A stretch of 63,927 nt of DNA, counting the filler, from Octopus bimaculoides (Eukaryota), in assembly GCF_001194135.2 (NCBI RefSeq). It is 6 parts of 6 records of this genome, joined end to end, with 100 filler letters (N's around TTAATTAATTAA, not from the genome) between each part and the next. Parts side by side here need not be neighbours in the genome. Positions count along the whole stretch, not along the records: positions 62,306 to 63,927 come from NC_068989.1; 5 more parts are not named here. One strand, 5' to 3'. Position 1 is the first letter of the stretch. Each line of letters starts with the position of its first letter. The position numbers and the translations under genes are program-made. Positions 63,895-63,927 of the stretch are shown one piece after another. The notes beneath the pieces are model-generated. The model made no database searches. It worked only from the letters and a program-made list of their open reading frames with translations, and had not been told where the DNA came from.

Positions 63895-63927
<33 letters not shown>

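Overview
Repeat-dense eukaryotic genomic DNA, inferred to be octopus (cephalopod) from its tRNA-derived SINE families, very long microsatellites and low GC. It is a gapped draft scaffold with N runs and five 44N-TTAATTAATTAA-44N contig-join pads. There is no intact recognisable protein-coding gene and no CRISPR, rRNA or true tRNA; nearly all long ORFs in the track are microsatellite or N artefacts. Supported content: dozens of SINE copies of three families; LINE fragments (RTE, R4/Dong, CR1/L2-like); Penelope-like RT remnants; mariner fragments and MITEs; a decayed hAT-like transposase; and a few weak candidate exons on the minus strand at 19.1, 52.7 and 61.4-63.5 kb. The most interesting signal is a ~290-bp element present twice (25.2-25.5 kb and 35.2-35.5 kb). 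It joins a tRNA-like Pol III head to a minimal type I hammerhead-ribozyme motif of the Penelope kind, and both copies carry an inverted duplication at the 5' end. A second, unrelated hammerhead-like motif lies at 36.36 kb and Penelope-like RT fragments occur in the same window. Other notable items are an internally inverted mariner with a minisatellite born from its coding sequence, (AAT)n-targeted Dong insertions, long hairpins, and a CpG-depletion boundary at ~45.4 kb. SINE coordinates are approximate (+/-10-20 bp) and all family assignments are by eye.
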